DNA from: Azolla caroliniana
Lineage: Eukaryota; Plantae; Polypodiophyta
Length of the DNA: 64,000 nucleotides
Direction: 5' to 3'
Assembly (NCBI GenBank): GCA_043228905.1
Contig: JBHGNT010000002.1
Location: 3,162,001 to 3,226,000, forward strand
The translations under genes were made by a program, and so were the position numbers. Numbering within the stretch: the stretch's first letter is position 1; each line of letters opens with the position of its first letter. The notes beneath the pieces were generated by a model that ran no database searches, was not told the DNA's origin, and saw nothing but the letters and a program-made list of their open reading frames with translations. Shown piece after piece: positions 61,171 to 64,000 of this stretch.

Positions 61171-61846
61171 TTATCTTATGGACACACTTAGTTTTCTTGT
61201 CTAATACAATGCTTATTGAACTAGAAATTGATAAAAGATAAGGTAAAGTGACACCTAGAATTGGACAATACTTTGTTGTTGATTTTAGACATATGGCTAA
61301 GATGGGCATTCCATAGCAATGTCATTCTATGACATGCAAAGAGCTTGAATCTTGTAGGCTGATTTGATCTGGAGGGATCAACAAAGTAAATTTGTTGTCT
61401 CTTGGAGGTACAATACTTGTTTTGAAAACTAGATATTGCATTTGATTTTGTCTGATTAGCCTATTGACCTCAAGCTCTTTGTTAGTTTCGTCACATGACC
61501 AACTTTGTCCATTGTGAATTCTCTCGCTCCATCCCTTGGTTTCAAGATTATTGTTTAAACCAATAATTAGCTCCTTCCAGGTTGTGTTACAGCTCCATTG
61601 CACATGGTATTATCATGGCTTGGTGGTGAGCTTGCATAAGGTGAGGAGTACTATATATAAAGAAGATTTTAAAGTTGTCAAACCATTCCTTTTTTTCTTT
61701 TTCTTGTTAATTTTTTTTCTCATGCAATAGTGAGCACTGAGGATATAGCGTAATCAGGTTTTATCAACTCTTATTTACTTTCTTTAAGGCATTTGTCATG
61801 AGCACACATTGAGTACTACTCTTGTTTCTGAGATCATTGTTTTCAT

Positions 61847-62142
61847 CATAGTTGAAGAATACTTGGCATACAATACATGTCGAATATGTATGCTAAATAT
61901 TCTAAATGTAGTCTACCTTTTTTTAATACTTAGAATACATATGTTAACGTTTTGAAAATATAAAGTAATTTTTACAATTTTTTTAACTTGATGGAAACAT
62001 TAAATACTTGCTAAAATACCTAGAATTCGTAGAATATTTCTAAATGGCAATTCTCAATTCTAAGACGTAGAATGCGTGTAGAATACTTTAGAGTATTCTT
62101 AAACGTATTCCAAACATAAAATATGTGTTTTTTTAATGGCTG
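61847..62142. mobile_element. AT-rich repeat related to the 33516-33960 insertion (probable hAT-like remnant)
   Basis: Starts CATAGTTG; shares GTATGCTA..TATT, CTTAGAATACATAT and GAATAC repeats; no clear TSD. Confidence 0.4.
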
Positions 62143-63783
62143 TCATTTCAGGCCTATCGCCATGGCACATTTGTTCTAACCACAAGTTGACATCTTTTTC
62201 AATGACTCTTAAGCTTGAATAAGACATTGTTATAAAACCCCGAACTATGAACCTTCAACTCTAAACCATTATTATATGATAAATAATAACGTCGCATACA
62301 ACTACAAGACGACAATACCTATGACAAAAGTCAACAAGTTTGGAGTTCCATTACATTTGAATACCTAGTAGGACTAACTTATTATGTTCATTGTATATCA
62401 TTTATTGGGCAAATAGAATAATTCAAACTATAAATTTGAATTGAATACAATTATAATATCTCTGTAAACATTTTGTGAACATTAATGGAAGAATAGTTTT
62501 TTTTTTGTCATGCAACCTCGCAAAGAGTATTTGCAATATTTTATCATTTTGCTTACATATGATAGAGCCCTATTTATTCCATTAAATCAATGTTCAAAAA
62601 TAAATATGTAGAAATTCTTTCAATTTGAACCTTGACGTTTGCATTATGAGTAGTGGTTAATTCTTTTGTGATAGTTATATGGACATAATCCTAAACTTCA
62701 TGATGAATTGACACTTGTATAGATTTTCAAGCATTGTCTTATTTTTCCCTTAGTTTAATTGAAGTTGTTTCTTGGCTTACACTCGCATTCACAATCACAT
62801 GATTTATTGTGAGAGATAGTATCACCCCCACATGTGTAACCTTTTGTATATTGATGAGTATTAGAAGAAAGCCAAGGTGGATAAAGTAGAGTTGCTATGC
62901 CTATAAGCTCATTGAATCAAGTGGTTGTAGTCTAAAGTACAAAGGAAAGGACTTTGGTTAGTAATTATTCATAGCAATGGTTACAAATTATAAAGATGGT
63001 GGATGTAACACAATAAAAATGGATTCTTCCAACCGAAGTGCACAGAACAACTTTATAGAGATGTATTCCCAAAACAAAATCAAACCATGAATCAATGTTC
63101 TACACCAACATCAAGTATATATGGTAAAGTAAACATAGAAAAGTACTCAAATCAAATAGATACTCCAATTATATTTACTAAAAACAAGTTGTAATTCCAA
63201 CCAGGCGAGATTCACAATGGTGATAGTCCCAACATGATTTCACAGTGTATTTGGATATCTAGATTGAGAATTGAAAAACTCTTGTACAAGTTGGTTGGCA
63301 AGTCATTTGAACCAATCATAGGAGATGCAAAATTGGGGGGGGTCAAGAGGGTGGTTAAAGTCCATAGTCATGATTCATTTTGGGGCTCATTGACATAAAT
63401 AAATAAATAAATAAAAGATCAATGCAAGTCTTTGATTAATAATGTAACAACAATTGGAATTAAACGCAACCTTAAAATTGAAGATCTAAAATGGGTGTGG
63501 GTTATATGTACGAGCTGATCTCTCTTTACCAAACCATGGTGTACATGATGAACCAACAAGGGGACATACGAGGATAGTACAGAAAACAATGGATGTGATG
63601 TAGTTGTTCAAGCATCTGATTGGGGGGTTACTGATTGCTTTAAATCATGGGGTGATGACGGATCGAAGGTCCTTGAGTTGCCGATGGTCAAGGCTAGAGT
63701 TTGTACGACGGGGACTCTCGAGTCGTGACACATAAGGTCATCGAAAAAACTTGTGGCGCGTGGGTGGCAATCCAAAAGTTTTT

Positions 63784-63784
<1 letters not shown>

Positions 63785-63824
<40 letters not shown>

Positions 63825-63825
63825 G
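63785..63825. repeat. Compound (GT)n(GA)n microsatellite
   Basis: Read directly. Confidence 0.9.
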
Positions 63826-64000
63826 TGCAGCACAACTTGGGAGGCGAATGTCAATAAAAGGATCTAAAGAAAGTCAATGGGTTAGATTTATTAGGGGAAA
63901 AAAAAGAATAGAGTGGTAGGTGCTAGGGAAAGAGAGAGACGCGTGAAGGAAGGCACACACTAAAAGTCAACCAAAGGGATATTAAGTGTATGTGGAAAAG

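Overview
Repeat-dense eukaryotic DNA, most likely from a non-seed land plant such as a fern or bryophyte (inferred from the TE lineages present). About 52 kb is a nested stack of retroelements. There are three copies of one Tnt1/Tork-like Ty1/copia family: one intact with a single 1358-aa ORF, 669-bp LTRs with no difference I could see and an AGAAG TSD, and two decayed. Also present are a fragment of a second copia, two large decayed Ty3/gypsy elements with a tRNA-Trp PBS, further gypsy remnants and a solo LTR, three RTE-X-like LINEs, L1-like LINEs and hAT-type MITEs. The only clear host gene is an intronless, GC-rich AIM24-family CDS (54445-55212) that resembles bacterial rather than plant AIM24 proteins. 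Main leads: (1) possible horizontal transfer of AIM24; (2) a conserved G_GAU_UUU-stop -1 frameshift cassette between protease and RT in two gypsy families; (3) a ~119-bp fixed-spacing palindromic motif shared by three unrelated TEs; (4) a capsid-only swap in the young copia; (5) a tRNA-like Pol III module inside gypsy LTRs; (6) LINE insertions into the (GA)n tract of both LTRs of one copia; (7) a 273-bp duplication flanking captured filler DNA. All calls are by eye; no searches were run.
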